In this document: positions 9,413 to 18,605 of the stretch, piece by piece
Layout of the letters: every line of letters starts with the position of its first letter
Position numbering within the stretch: position 1 is the stretch's first letter
DNA from: Alphaproteobacteria bacterium
Lineage (GTDB): Bacteria; Pseudomonadota; Alphaproteobacteria; UBA9219
Assembly: GCA_009779135.1 (NCBI GenBank)
Contig: WREW01000004.1
Coordinates: 13,448-77,447 of the forward strand
DNA length: 64,000 nt
Reading direction: 5' to 3'
Made by a program: the position numbers and the translations under genes
The notes under the pieces: model-generated
Database searches by the model: none
The model's input: the letters and a program-made list of their open reading frames with translations, nothing else
What the model was told of the DNA's origin: nothing

Positions 9413-9928
9413 TCACTCATCGTCTTTTTCAATCACGAAAGAAATCTTCTGTACCGTCAAAATGGCCCGCATGGGCGCGGTGCCCGGGCACAGAGAGCCG
9501 ACACAAAGGCTTTTGATTTGCCAGCGATACTGGGGGGTGATGGTGTCGATATAGCCCAGAACCATAAGCCAGGTTCGGAACTGCCCCGCATCATTGCTGA
9601 CAACAGTCAAACTGCGATCATTACCAAGTGAGAATGAAACGCCTGTAAACCGTCTTTCAAGACGTTTTACAAGGGGTTCCAGCTCGCTGACCGTGGGAGG
9701 CCGCTGCCGGAGCTGCGGCACGTTAGGCTCCATGGACTCGGCCTCGGCCACCTGCTGGCGGGCCTGCATGGCCATATTGACCGTATAAAGCGCAAACAGC
9801 AAAACAAGCAGCGCCCCGCCCCAGCTGAGCGACACGATCACCGTCGTGGCTTTATCAAAGGAATGCAAAGCCTTGGTAACAAAGCGCGGGGATAAAAGCC
9901 GGCGTAAAGGGATGGATTGCAGTTTCAT
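9413..9928 (-). CDS. Bitopic membrane protein, putative PilO/GspM-like alignment subunit
   Basis: Single TM (IVSLSWGGALLVLLFALYTV) then a ~110-aa periplasmic domain; operon position. Confidence 0.5.
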   Translation of the reverse strand: MKLQSIPLRRLLSPRFVTKALHSFDKATTVIVSLSWGGALLVLLFALYTVNMAMQARQQVAEAESMEPNVPQLRQRPPTVSELEPLVKRLERRFTGVSFSLGNDRSLTVVSNDAGQFRTWLMVLGYIDTITPQYRWQIKSLCVGSLCPGTAPMRAILTVQKISFVIEKDDE

Positions 9929-9937
9929 GACGGCCCC

Positions 9938-11026
9938 CTATCGTTCTCTTCTTTGCGTTCGGCCAAGCTGCGTGGCATCCTTGTCACTGCCGATGATAAC
10001 CCCAAGATCAGTCGTCCCCAAAGTCTGCCCCTCCAGATCCTTGATACGGTCTGATGTGGTGCTGGCGGGGACAATGGCACGCCACCGTGCGCGGTTGCCC
10101 TCAATCAGATAAATCTCAAGATAGCCATTCAGGTTCAAAAGCCCGTCATTGACATCGGCAAACCGCCCGAGCTGCTCACGCATGGGGCTGGCGCGTTGAT
10201 TTTGTGCAAGCCTTAAAAGCTCAGCCGAGCGGGCTTCCGAGCGCTCCATCACCGTCGCCGCGTCAATGCGCGCGCTGATGGACACCATGGCCGCCAAAAA
10301 CCAGACCATCAGCGCCACAGCCGCCATCGTCACCGCGCCGAGCACGGAGAACGTCGCCAAAACACGTCTGGCGCGCTCCTCAAACAAGGACAGGGAGAAC
10401 CAAGGCATAGGCGTCAGCTTTTGAATGCGGTCGGGAATAAGATCGACAATACCGGCATCCCCAAGCTCACGCGAGGCCCGTTCAGCCTTCGCGCGGATCA
10501 CCGAGGAGGTTCCGCGATAAATCTGAAGCCCGTCCGGCAGCAGCACCATCATGGTCGCCGCTTCATCGCTGTAATAGGTATAAATAACGGGCGGATCAAG
10601 CGCATCCGCCATACCGGGCAGCAGCGAGGAAAAAGGACACCAAGTGTTGGGGTGCGAGCTCAGCTGCGAAGCGCGAACCGCCACATACCAGATCTTGTCA
10701 CCTCTGGCCTGCCAGACGACCAGCACACGCTCGGTATCAGCAGCTTCTGCGGCGGCGTTCCAGACGATCTCCTGCTCCTCCCCCACGATGCGCGGGCAGC
10801 ACCCGCCGATCAGATCAGGGGGAAAATAGTAATCCGCCAAAGCGCCCACCGCGCCGGTCATGGCGCGCGGCACCGAGCTTGAAGAGTCCCATTCGGGCCC
10901 GCCGTCAAGAGAACCCTGCGTCACGAAGCTTTCATAAGCCTTGCCGAGCGAACCCTGCCCCGCCGGCGAAGGCGCCGTCTTGGCTGGATTGGCAAAAAAC
11001 CTTTTTGCCTTTGAAAAATTGACCAA
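9938..11026 (-). CDS. Putative PilMN/GspL-like alignment subunit (cytoplasmic domain + TM + coiled coil)
   Basis: ~220-aa soluble N-terminus, TM VLATFSVLGAVTMAAVALMVWFLAAMV, helical C-terminus; TTG start after GGAGG; follows the platform gene. Confidence 0.5.
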   Translation of the reverse strand: MVNFSKAKRFFANPAKTAPSPAGQGSLGKAYESFVTQGSLDGGPEWDSSSSVPRAMTGAVGALADYYFPPDLIGGCCPRIVGEEQEIVWNAAAEAADTERVLVVWQARGDKIWYVAVRASQLSSHPNTWCPFSSLLPGMADALDPPVIYTYYSDEAATMMVLLPDGLQIYRGTSSVIRAKAERASRELGDAGIVDLIPDRIQKLTPMPWFSLSLFEERARRVLATFSVLGAVTMAAVALMVWFLAAMVSISARIDAATVMERSEARSAELLRLAQNQRASPMREQLGRFADVNDGLLNLNGYLEIYLIEGNRARWRAIVPASTTSDRIKDLEGQTLGTTDLGVIIGSDKDATQLGRTQRRER

Positions 11027-11035
11027 TGACGCCTC

Positions 11036-12256
11036 CTACCCTCGCATTTCGTTAATGTTGCTCAAGAAACCTTCATTTTGCAACATGAGGAGATAAATCG
11101 TTGTCAGGATGGTGATCGCCGACAATCCTATAAGCAGATAAAGCCCGAACTTTATGATTTTACGCTGATCGGTCTTCGCCATCAAGCTGCGTTCTTCAGA
11201 TATGGAGTCAAAAACTTCGGCCAGCTGCTCAACGGACTGAATGGTGAGGATCTGATCCCGCTCAGCCTTGGTCAAGGGCGCCCTTGCAAGGGCGCGCGCC
11301 GGCTCAACGCCGGCCATAAGCTTGCCTTCGCATTCGCTCCAATAAAGCCGCGCCACAGGCTCGACCGAACTTTCAATAATGATTTCAAGAGCCTCGGCCA
11401 AAGGCACCTTGCCACGGATCAGGCGTGCCATAAGCTTGCAAGTATCTTTAAAGCTCACATTGCGCAAATAATTGGCCAAAAGCGGCACCCACGTCATCAT
11501 CCGCGCCGTATAGTGATCCCGACGGTGGCGGTTGCGCCAATAGGCCCAGACAAAGAACACAATGCCCAAAACCATCACGGTCGAGGCAAAAAGCATCGTG
11601 CCGTTCAGCCAAGAAACCATTTGGATGCCGCGCTGGAATTTTTCAACAGCCGCAGGATCTGTGCTTTTGACGCCCTGCTCCCGCAAAAGAGGGATAAACC
11701 AGAACTGAACGCCCCAGATGGTGCTGATGACCGCAAAAATATCAAAGGAAATCCAGCTCAGCGCCGCGACAACGAGCTTATATTGCGCCCCTTTTTGCTC
11801 GACATGCTCAATAGCATGCTGGATCACGCCCTTGAGGTCACCGGCCCGCTCACCGGCCATAATGATGGCCATGGTGGGGGCGTCAAAAAGTTTAAGCTCT
11901 TTAAGCGCTTCGGAAAAGGAGCCGCCCCCCTTCAACACCGTGCGCGAAGGCAGAAAAGCAAGCCGCCGTCTGGGATCCTCTTCGCCTTCAATGATATTCA
12001 TAAAGGCCGTACCAGCTGACGCCGTGGCGGACTGAAAGCGGATCGCGCGCAAAAGTTGGAACTGCCATTCGCGTGAGCGCACATCCATCCATTCGAACAA
12101 AGGCGGTTTTTGCTCGTAAATCTTGATGGGCCAAAGTCCGCGCGCGCGCAGGCTGCGGCGCACGGCAGTCTCATCAGGAAGATAAAAATCTTCATTTTCG
12201 ACCAGAACCGAGCCGCCGATCGTAGATCTTGCAAAACGTGCGCGGTAGAGCTTCAT
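11036..12256 (-). CDS. Type II secretion system F family / PilC platform protein
   Basis: Two T2SSF-like domains (GGSFSEAL...AGERAGDL; GKVPLAEAL) separated by TM helices. Confidence 0.85.
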   Translation of the reverse strand: MKLYRARFARSTIGGSVLVENEDFYLPDETAVRRSLRARGLWPIKIYEQKPPLFEWMDVRSREWQFQLLRAIRFQSATASAGTAFMNIIEGEEDPRRRLAFLPSRTVLKGGGSFSEALKELKLFDAPTMAIIMAGERAGDLKGVIQHAIEHVEQKGAQYKLVVAALSWISFDIFAVISTIWGVQFWFIPLLREQGVKSTDPAAVEKFQRGIQMVSWLNGTMLFASTVMVLGIVFFVWAYWRNRHRRDHYTARMMTWVPLLANYLRNVSFKDTCKLMARLIRGKVPLAEALEIIIESSVEPVARLYWSECEGKLMAGVEPARALARAPLTKAERDQILTIQSVEQLAEVFDSISEERSLMAKTDQRKIIKFGLYLLIGLSAITILTTIYLLMLQNEGFLSNINEMRG

Positions 12257-12268
12257 AAAACGCCCCCC

Positions 12269-14023
12269 TTACCGTCCCCGCCCCGAACGCGCGGCAACAT
12301 CTTCAACCATCAGCGAAGCGCCCATATTGGCATCAATAACGCGCCTGCGGATAAGGTCGCGCAAAGAGTCGCGACGTGGCAGATAAACCGTTCCGGGCAC
12401 ATCAATCACCGAGGATGTCATGTTGGAAATCATCATCTCGGTAATGGCGCGGCGTGAGGCCTGATCCTCCGGCGGGAACATGGCTTCCAAAATCAAAGTA
12501 CGGCCTAAAAAGCCCGTATGGTTGCAAACATCGCAGCCCTGCGTGCTGGCCAGAGCAAGCGTTTCATCCGGATGCACGCCGATATCCGCGCAGCGGCGTT
12601 CATCCCCATAAACGCGCAAGGCGGCTTCAATGCGATGACAAGTCGGACAAACCATTTTAACCAGACGCTGGGACAGCGAAGCCACCAAAGCATGGCCCAG
12701 AATGTAAAGCCCGCTCGTCCGGTAAGAGGAACTTAAAAAGCCGTCAATACGATCCAGCGTGTGAATAGCATCGACCGCGTGGACGGTCGTGACGACAAGA
12801 TGGCCTGACTCCGTCGCGCGCAAAGCGGCTTCCACCGTGTCGCCGTCACGCATTTCACCCACGATGATGACATCAGGATCATGACGCATCAAAGCGCGGA
12901 TAATATCAGCAATCGTGTTGGCTGAATTGTCGGTCACGGATGTTTGATCCACAAGCGGCATATCATATTCAACCGGCGCCTCCACCGAATATACGGCACG
13001 GGCCGAGCGGTCGATTTCCTGAATAATACCGTAAAGCGTCGTTGACTTACCCGAACCCGTAGGCCCGCTGACGACAATCAGGCCGCCATCCTTGGTGTGG
13101 CTGTGAACGGCGCGGCGCAAGCGCTCGGCCACCAAAGGCGTGTTGATGAAAAGCTCATCAAAACTGCGCAGGTTTTCACGGTCAAGCAAACGAAGCGTCA
13201 GTTTTTCCCCCGACGGCGCCACGGGCAAAGTCGCAACACGCACGTCAATCACGCGGCCCTGCCATTCAAAACCAAGACGCCCGTCCTGAGGATGCTGGCG
13301 ATCCGCCGCGTCCATCTTGGCGTCCGTCTTGATGCGCGTGACAAGCGGCGCCATCACGCGGTGCGGGACGAGATGCTTATAAACAAGATCGCCATCGACA
13401 CGATAGCGTATCCAGCAGCGCGCATCATCATCCATCAGGGAAAAGTGAATATCCGAACCGCGGCTTTGCAAAGCTTCGGAAAGAATGTCATGCAAGGCCT
13501 GCTCAATCAGCGTCGCATCATCAGGATCACGCGCCAGCGAAGCAAAAAGGCGCAGGAGTCTTTCACTGGCGACCTCGCTCTGCTCGCGCATCAGGCGCAT
13601 TAAATCGGAGCGATCCCAAGACTCGACATCTATCTTGACCACTTCACGATTGGCGCGTTCAAGGGCGGACGCGATGTGCAGCAAGTCCGCATCATCCACG
13701 CGATCGCCCGCCGCCAGCTTTAAAACGCCGTCTTTAAGCTCCAAAAGGCAAAGCCCCATGGCCGCCTGCTGCGCCACCGAAACATAAAGGCGTAAAGCCT
13801 GCATGGTAAGATCTTCGCGCCGCCCGCCGCGCGCTTTGGCGCGTGAAAGATCGGCCACGACAAAACCGTTGCGGCGTAAAATCTCTTCAACCGTAAGATA
13901 ACGGCCCGTCGCGCGGAGCATGCTCTGCTCGGACAAGGCAAGCTCATAATGGCGGGGATGAATGCGTTTGGCTTCACCCTGCTCAAGCGCTTCTTCTTCC
14001 GCTATGATCCGTGCTTCATTCAT
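12269..14023 (-). CDS. GspE/PulE/PilB family assembly ATPase
   Basis: GSDIHF, RYRVDGDL, Walker A GPTGSGKSTT, RHDPDVIIVGEMRD, GHLVVTTVH, CPTC...CDVC zinc motif. Confidence 0.93.
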   Translation of the reverse strand: MNEARIIAEEEALEQGEAKRIHPRHYELALSEQSMLRATGRYLTVEEILRRNGFVVADLSRAKARGGRREDLTMQALRLYVSVAQQAAMGLCLLELKDGVLKLAAGDRVDDADLLHIASALERANREVVKIDVESWDRSDLMRLMREQSEVASERLLRLFASLARDPDDATLIEQALHDILSEALQSRGSDIHFSLMDDDARCWIRYRVDGDLVYKHLVPHRVMAPLVTRIKTDAKMDAADRQHPQDGRLGFEWQGRVIDVRVATLPVAPSGEKLTLRLLDRENLRSFDELFINTPLVAERLRRAVHSHTKDGGLIVVSGPTGSGKSTTLYGIIQEIDRSARAVYSVEAPVEYDMPLVDQTSVTDNSANTIADIIRALMRHDPDVIIVGEMRDGDTVEAALRATESGHLVVTTVHAVDAIHTLDRIDGFLSSSYRTSGLYILGHALVASLSQRLVKMVCPTCHRIEAALRVYGDERRCADIGVHPDETLALASTQGCDVCNHTGFLGRTLILEAMFPPEDQASRRAITEMMISNMTSSVIDVPGTVYLPRRDSLRDLIRRRVIDANMGASLMVEDVAARSGRGR

Positions 14024-14049
14024 AAAGAAAACCAATCATCAAACCAGGC

Positions 14050-15456
14050 TCAAGGAACTCCCTGCCCGGGCGAAGGCAAAGGCGTTGAAACATTCGCCGC
14101 ACCCGCGCGTCCCGGCATAGGCGCAGGCGCCGGTGCGATTGAAGGATCAGGCGTGCCGATGCCCCATCGCGCCGGCCCCGAAGGAGGACCACCCATTGGC
14201 GGCAATGAAAAAGACCGCCGAGGCGCGGCGCGGGCCGTCAGATCGGAAACAACTTCGAGATTCAAAATGCGCTCTTTGCCGTTCATCAAAACCGCAGCAT
14301 TGCGCGGCGTCACATTCAAAAGCTTCAGCGTCATATCCCCGTCCTTCACCGTCTCGCCCACCTCCAGCACAAGCGTTGTGCCGTCCGAGCGATAAAGCAA
14401 GGCGCGCACGCCCACCGTGCCGATCAAGTGATAGCCGATACTGGGCAGCACCGGCATAACAGCCGTACTCTGGGGTATTTTAAGGTCGGAGACCGAAAGA
14501 GACGGAATCTGTCCGCCCGAGATCAAACGATCCACATCACTTGCGCTTGGCGTGGTGGCAACCGGCATGCCTGTCTGCGCGCGCGTTGTTGAAGCGCCGC
14601 TGTCCGTAACAGCGCTTTTCGGCTCAGCCGGAACTTTGGCCGCGCCACGCACGGGAATAACGGAAAAACCAAGCTGGCCCGTATGGCGGATAATAAGATC
14701 CGTTGAAATCGTCCCACGGTTTTCCGGCTTCCACAGCATGGTGATGGGACAGGACTCGCCTTGTTTAAGCTCCATATCAAGGCCGCACCCTTGGTCAAGC
14801 CTTTGCAGACCGTTGCCTGCCGCAATCAGCTCAATGGACAAAATCTTTATCATCTCGTTGCTGTCATTAAGCATCAAAGCGCTGCGCACAGCGCTTGCGC
14901 CCACCTCGACATCGCCGAAATCAATGGGCTTGATGTCGCGCGCGCTTAAAGTCAAACCAAGCTCACGCCTTTCGCTCGCCACCGCGCCGGTCTTGCCGGT
15001 GATGCGCGCGCGCGCATTGCGGCCCGCGCCCCTGTGGGTCATCAGAACTTCCGCCGTCCATGTTCCTGACGCCGTAGGCGTAACCTCAGCCGTCACCGCG
15101 CAACGGCTGCTTGGCGGGATTTCCTTCTCGCGCGAACAATCATCGCTTACAATCACCGCGCTGACATTGCTGTCCCCGCTGACCGTGACGCTTTCAACTT
15201 CCACAGGAAGATTGGTAAGAAGATTGACAAAGAAAAATGTCGCGCGGCGCCCGACTCCCAAAGGCGTATCGCCGACATCAATGTCAGCCTTGGGCTCGAT
15301 CGTCACAGCGCCTTCATTGATGACAGAGCCTGTACGCGGGGCGACAAAAGCAGCCTCACGCGCGGCGCTGGCCGGTGTCGTGGTCATCAGCAACGCAAGA
15401 CCAGCGAACAAGACCATGAAGGATATTTTGGCTCTAATCAGTCTCATCCATCCCAT
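14050..15456 (-). CDS. Exported protein with two tandem Ig-like (ASH/HYDIN-VesB-type) domains and a PilP/GspC-like C-terminal region
   Basis: Signal peptide; two repeats with C-x(9-11)-C-x-(V/I)T...P...G (DDCSREKEIPPSSRCAVTAEVTP; QGCGLDMELKQGESCPITMLWKP); C-terminal LIGTVG..ALL...G.TV. Confidence 0.65.
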   Translation of the reverse strand: MGWMRLIRAKISFMVLFAGLALLMTTTPASAAREAAFVAPRTGSVINEGAVTIEPKADIDVGDTPLGVGRRATFFFVNLLTNLPVEVESVTVSGDSNVSAVIVSDDCSREKEIPPSSRCAVTAEVTPTASGTWTAEVLMTHRGAGRNARARITGKTGAVASERRELGLTLSARDIKPIDFGDVEVGASAVRSALMLNDSNEMIKILSIELIAAGNGLQRLDQGCGLDMELKQGESCPITMLWKPENRGTISTDLIIRHTGQLGFSVIPVRGAAKVPAEPKSAVTDSGASTTRAQTGMPVATTPSASDVDRLISGGQIPSLSVSDLKIPQSTAVMPVLPSIGYHLIGTVGVRALLYRSDGTTLVLEVGETVKDGDMTLKLLNVTPRNAAVLMNGKERILNLEVVSDLTARAAPRRSFSLPPMGGPPSGPARWGIGTPDPSIAPAPAPMPGRAGAANVSTPLPSPGQGVP

Positions 15457-15499
15457 CCCCGTTTTTTTGCCGCCCTGAACAAAGCATTTTTCTTATCAA

Positions 15500-17323
15500 C
15501 TACGTCCCCCCGCTCTGCAGCGAAGAGGGCGGCATTGTTTCAAGAGCGCTGCTTAAACTTTGCTGCATAAGCTGGCTGTCAACCGGCGGACTATCAACCG
15601 GCGCGGCTTGTGATGGCAGAGAGGCTACCGGCGGCAAAGCATCGCCCGGCGGACTGCCGGAGAGGTCGGACTCCCGAAACTTTTCGGACACGCTTTGATG
15701 GAGCAGATCCGCAGGCTTCAAGCTTATAGGCGCAAGCTCAGGCTGGCTTGCAACCTGCACCACGGCCTGAGGGGCATCCGGAATCACAAGCTGCTGCGCG
15801 CCGTCCTGATCGACAACCACAGCATTCTGCCCGTGAAAAACCGCGTCAGGCGCGCTGTTTTGCACCGAAGCCGCAAGGCGTGCGGAAGCAGGCGCGCGCG
15901 GCGTTTCCTTTTTCTCAACAAACTGCACGACCGAGGGCTTGACCAGAATGACAAGCTCCGAATTGCGCAGCTGATCGCGTTTATAAGTCGGTATGCCGCT
16001 GAAAAGGGGAATATCCTCACGATTATTATCATCGCGCGAGCTGACAAGACCGGCCAAAAGCAGATTATCGCCCGGACGAATACGCACAGAAGTCGAAACG
16101 CGCCTTTCGGATGTTTCAGGCAGGTCAATCAACATGCCGCCTTCCATCGTGGTGGGATTAATCCTGATGACATCCTGCAGCTCAAGCTCAAGCAAGGCAG
16201 AAATAACGCCGCTTTCAAAGCTGCCATTCACCGAGACCCTAAGGCCCGTATCAAGACTGTCGGTGGTGATGGTGCTGTTGGAAGCATTTGTCACAGATCC
16301 CGAAACGCTGTTAAGCGTTCCCACCTGCGAGATATAACGCTGCTTGCCCCCCACCTTGAACTCAGCATTTGAGCCTGAAACGAAGGTCAGCTGAGGATTG
16401 GAAACGGTCTGCACCTGACCTTGCGTGGAAAGAAAGCGGAACAACACATCCGCATTCACCTTGCCCGTAAAAGCAGCGCCGACGCTAACCCCGCCCGCTG
16501 TGGCAATGCCGGCCATAAATTGCGAAACGCTGTTCACCACCAGTTTTTGCGCATGCCCGCCAAGATCCGGTATTTCAAACTTAGACCAGTTGATCCCCTT
16601 GCCGTTGTCGCGGTCTAAAGTGACTTCCCAGATATAAAACTGCATCACGACCAAAGGACGCCCCTGACGCAAATAGGCAAGATATTCGCTGACATGGTCA
16701 TAACCATCGACATCCGATGTGTAGAGAAGATTGCCACCCTGTTGGTCAATGCGCACTTTTTCGCCGGCAAGCTCGCCGATGGTTTCAGCCATGGTGTTGG
16801 TGGTCGAAGAGGCAAGATCCGCGCTCGGCACCGTGGGAAGCTCGATAATAAAGGTCTCCCGCTCCCGCAGCTCTAAAAGGCCTTTGCGATAGCCGCAGAA
16901 AACCTTGGCTGAGGCGCAGATTTTATCCACAACCATAGGCAGAGGCCCGCTTAAATTAGAGACCGTGACCAGACGGTTTTCAAAAACCCCCGCCTCCCAC
17001 GAAAGAGAAACATCAGTCCCCGCCAAAACAGCCTGCAGTGCTGCCGTCACGGGCACGGCGCTTAAATTGGTGTTGGGAACGATGATCTTGGCAGGTAAAG
17101 GCTCCGTCCGGCTCAAGCGGCGCTCCCGCAGCTGCGAGCCAAGCTCCAGCCTGACAATAGGAGGGTCTTTCTCGCCGCGCACAGTTTCCTCGGGATCCGG
17201 AACCTCAGCAAGGTTCGGCACGCGGCCGGTTGTAGGTTTGGCATTGGGCACAGTGATGTCGGGGCCCGTACAAGCCCACAAAAACATCGCAGCCATAGCC
17301 AACAAAAGAACATTAAAGCGCAT
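15500..17323 (-). CDS. Lipoprotein secretin of the type IV filament system
   Basis: Lipobox LWAC after MRFNVLLLAMAAMF; secretin motifs VQTVSNPQLTFVSG, NLLLAGL, SELVILVKPSVV; Pro/Ser-rich C-terminal tail; alternative start 17377. Confidence 0.85.
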   Translation of the reverse strand: MRFNVLLLAMAAMFLWACTGPDITVPNAKPTTGRVPNLAEVPDPEETVRGEKDPPIVRLELGSQLRERRLSRTEPLPAKIIVPNTNLSAVPVTAALQAVLAGTDVSLSWEAGVFENRLVTVSNLSGPLPMVVDKICASAKVFCGYRKGLLELRERETFIIELPTVPSADLASSTTNTMAETIGELAGEKVRIDQQGGNLLYTSDVDGYDHVSEYLAYLRQGRPLVVMQFYIWEVTLDRDNGKGINWSKFEIPDLGGHAQKLVVNSVSQFMAGIATAGGVSVGAAFTGKVNADVLFRFLSTQGQVQTVSNPQLTFVSGSNAEFKVGGKQRYISQVGTLNSVSGSVTNASNSTITTDSLDTGLRVSVNGSFESGVISALLELELQDVIRINPTTMEGGMLIDLPETSERRVSTSVRIRPGDNLLLAGLVSSRDDNNREDIPLFSGIPTYKRDQLRNSELVILVKPSVVQFVEKKETPRAPASARLAASVQNSAPDAVFHGQNAVVVDQDGAQQLVIPDAPQAVVQVASQPELAPISLKPADLLHQSVSEKFRESDLSGSPPGDALPPVASLPSQAAPVDSPPVDSQLMQQSLSSALETMPPSSLQSGGT

Positions 17324-17587
17324 GCTTTTTCCTAACACCACGAAAAAGCGACTTGGTTTGCCAAAAACCTTTGCCACCCAATAGCCGCAATGTAAGCGTG
17401 AGTTCGGTTTATATTTCGTTAACTGTTCTTAAAGGACTCCGATGGCGGCCAAACTGAGTCTTTCGTGCAACAATGGCCAAGCCCCTATTTCCATAAAAAT
17501 ATTGTGCCATCATATTTTTAGGAAATATCCATTATTAACAAGGCCCGCCCAAACCCCTTACCTAAAAGCTAACAGAAAACATCAATA

Positions 17588-17603
17588 TTAACAAAACATT
17601 AAC
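17588..17603. promoter_or_regulatory. Consensus CtrA box
   Basis: TTAA-CAAAACA-TTAAC in the divergent intergenic region upstream of the secretin operon. Confidence 0.65.
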
Positions 17604-17702
17604 CGATCTTTTCTGTAGCGCAACTATTATCCACATGCTAGGGTATTTCCTACAGCCCAACAAGCCCCATAAAAGCATTTGAACAACCCACAGGAGGACG
17701 TT

Positions 17703-18581
17703 ATGTTTAAAGGAATTGATAGAGCAACAGAAACCCTCTCCATGTTTCCGCTTGCCCTTTGCTGGACTAAAGAAATGCCTTTGAAAGACTACAAATACAT
17801 CTGCAGCTTCAGAGCACCGCCTGGGGAGTATAGCATGATAGAGAACAGCCGTCGTGGCAGGGTCTATCAAGTGCCGGACGGGCAGTTGTATTTTGCGGAT
17901 GCTATATTTATTCAAGGCGACTCCTTAAAATCAAGCAGATTTTACATTCGTGAACTGGGCTTTCAAAAGCTTCGCGCTTTGCCTGCAAAAAACAAATGGG
18001 GCCACCCTAGTCCGAATGAATGGGAAGAACTCAAGGCCAATCTGGACGGCCCTGCCCCTGAAAACGTCAAAAACGATTTGCGTGCGCTTTTGAAGAATCC
18101 TGAAGAATGGCAGCCATCCAGATCACTTTACCAGACCTATGAAGAGCTATGTAAAGTATTAGGTATTCAAGCATTAAGCCTTCAGTTGGAAGACTACAAA
18201 TATATCTGCAAGTTCAGAGCGCCGCCTGATGAATATAGCATTATGGAGAACAACCATCGTGGCGTGGCCCTTCAAACGCCGGACGGTCAGTTGTATTTCG
18301 TAGATGTTGACGAACTCCGCTACGATCCAGGCCCAAGCAGATATCACTTTCGTGAACTAGGCATTCAAAAGCTTCGCGCCTTGCCTGCGGAAGGTAAGAG
18401 GAATCGCGTTAATCCGAATGAGTGGGAAGAACTCATGGCCAATCTGGACGGCCCTGCCCCTGAAAACGTCCGAAGCGATTTGAGCAAACTTTTTAGGAAT
18501 CCCGAAAAAGTACACAGATTAATTATCGAGATGTATTATCGGGAGCCGCCTTGTAAGCCTAAAACATTAAGCCTTCAGTAA
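17703..18581 (+). CDS. Hypothetical protein built of two tandem ~135-aa modules
   Basis: GGAGGA RBS before ATG 17703; modules LKDYKYICSFRAPP...PDGQLYF...ELGFQKLRALPA...NEWEEL.ANLDGPAPENV repeated. Confidence 0.8.
   Translation: MFKGIDRATETLSMFPLALCWTKEMPLKDYKYICSFRAPPGEYSMIENSRRGRVYQVPDGQLYFADAIFIQGDSLKSSRFYIRELGFQKLRALPAKNKWGHPSPNEWEELKANLDGPAPENVKNDLRALLKNPEEWQPSRSLYQTYEELCKVLGIQALSLQLEDYKYICKFRAPPDEYSIMENNHRGVALQTPDGQLYFVDVDELRYDPGPSRYHFRELGIQKLRALPAEGKRNRVNPNEWEELMANLDGPAPENVRSDLSKLFRNPEKVHRLIIEMYYREPPCKPKTLSLQ
17781..18578 (+). repeat. Diverged tandem direct repeat: 405 nt (17781-18185) + 393 nt (18186-18578)
   Basis: Copies start TTGAAAGACTACAAATA / TTGGAAGACTACAAATA and both end CATTAAGCCTTCAG. 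Confidence 0.92.
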
Positions 18582-18605
18582 CCGCTATCAAAACAGGAGA
18601 TAACG

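Noticed and set aside
8565-17323. Calling the filament cluster a Tad/Cpa pilus or a classical T2SS
   Set aside because: The ATPase is GspE/PilB-type with a zinc motif rather than TadA/CpaF, there is a single PilC-type platform, and there is no Flp pilin, CpaB or GspG-K series.
17781-18578. Tandem repeat as a DGR template/variable repeat pair
   Set aside because: Differences are not restricted to adenines, both copies are in one reading frame, and there is no reverse transcriptase in the window.
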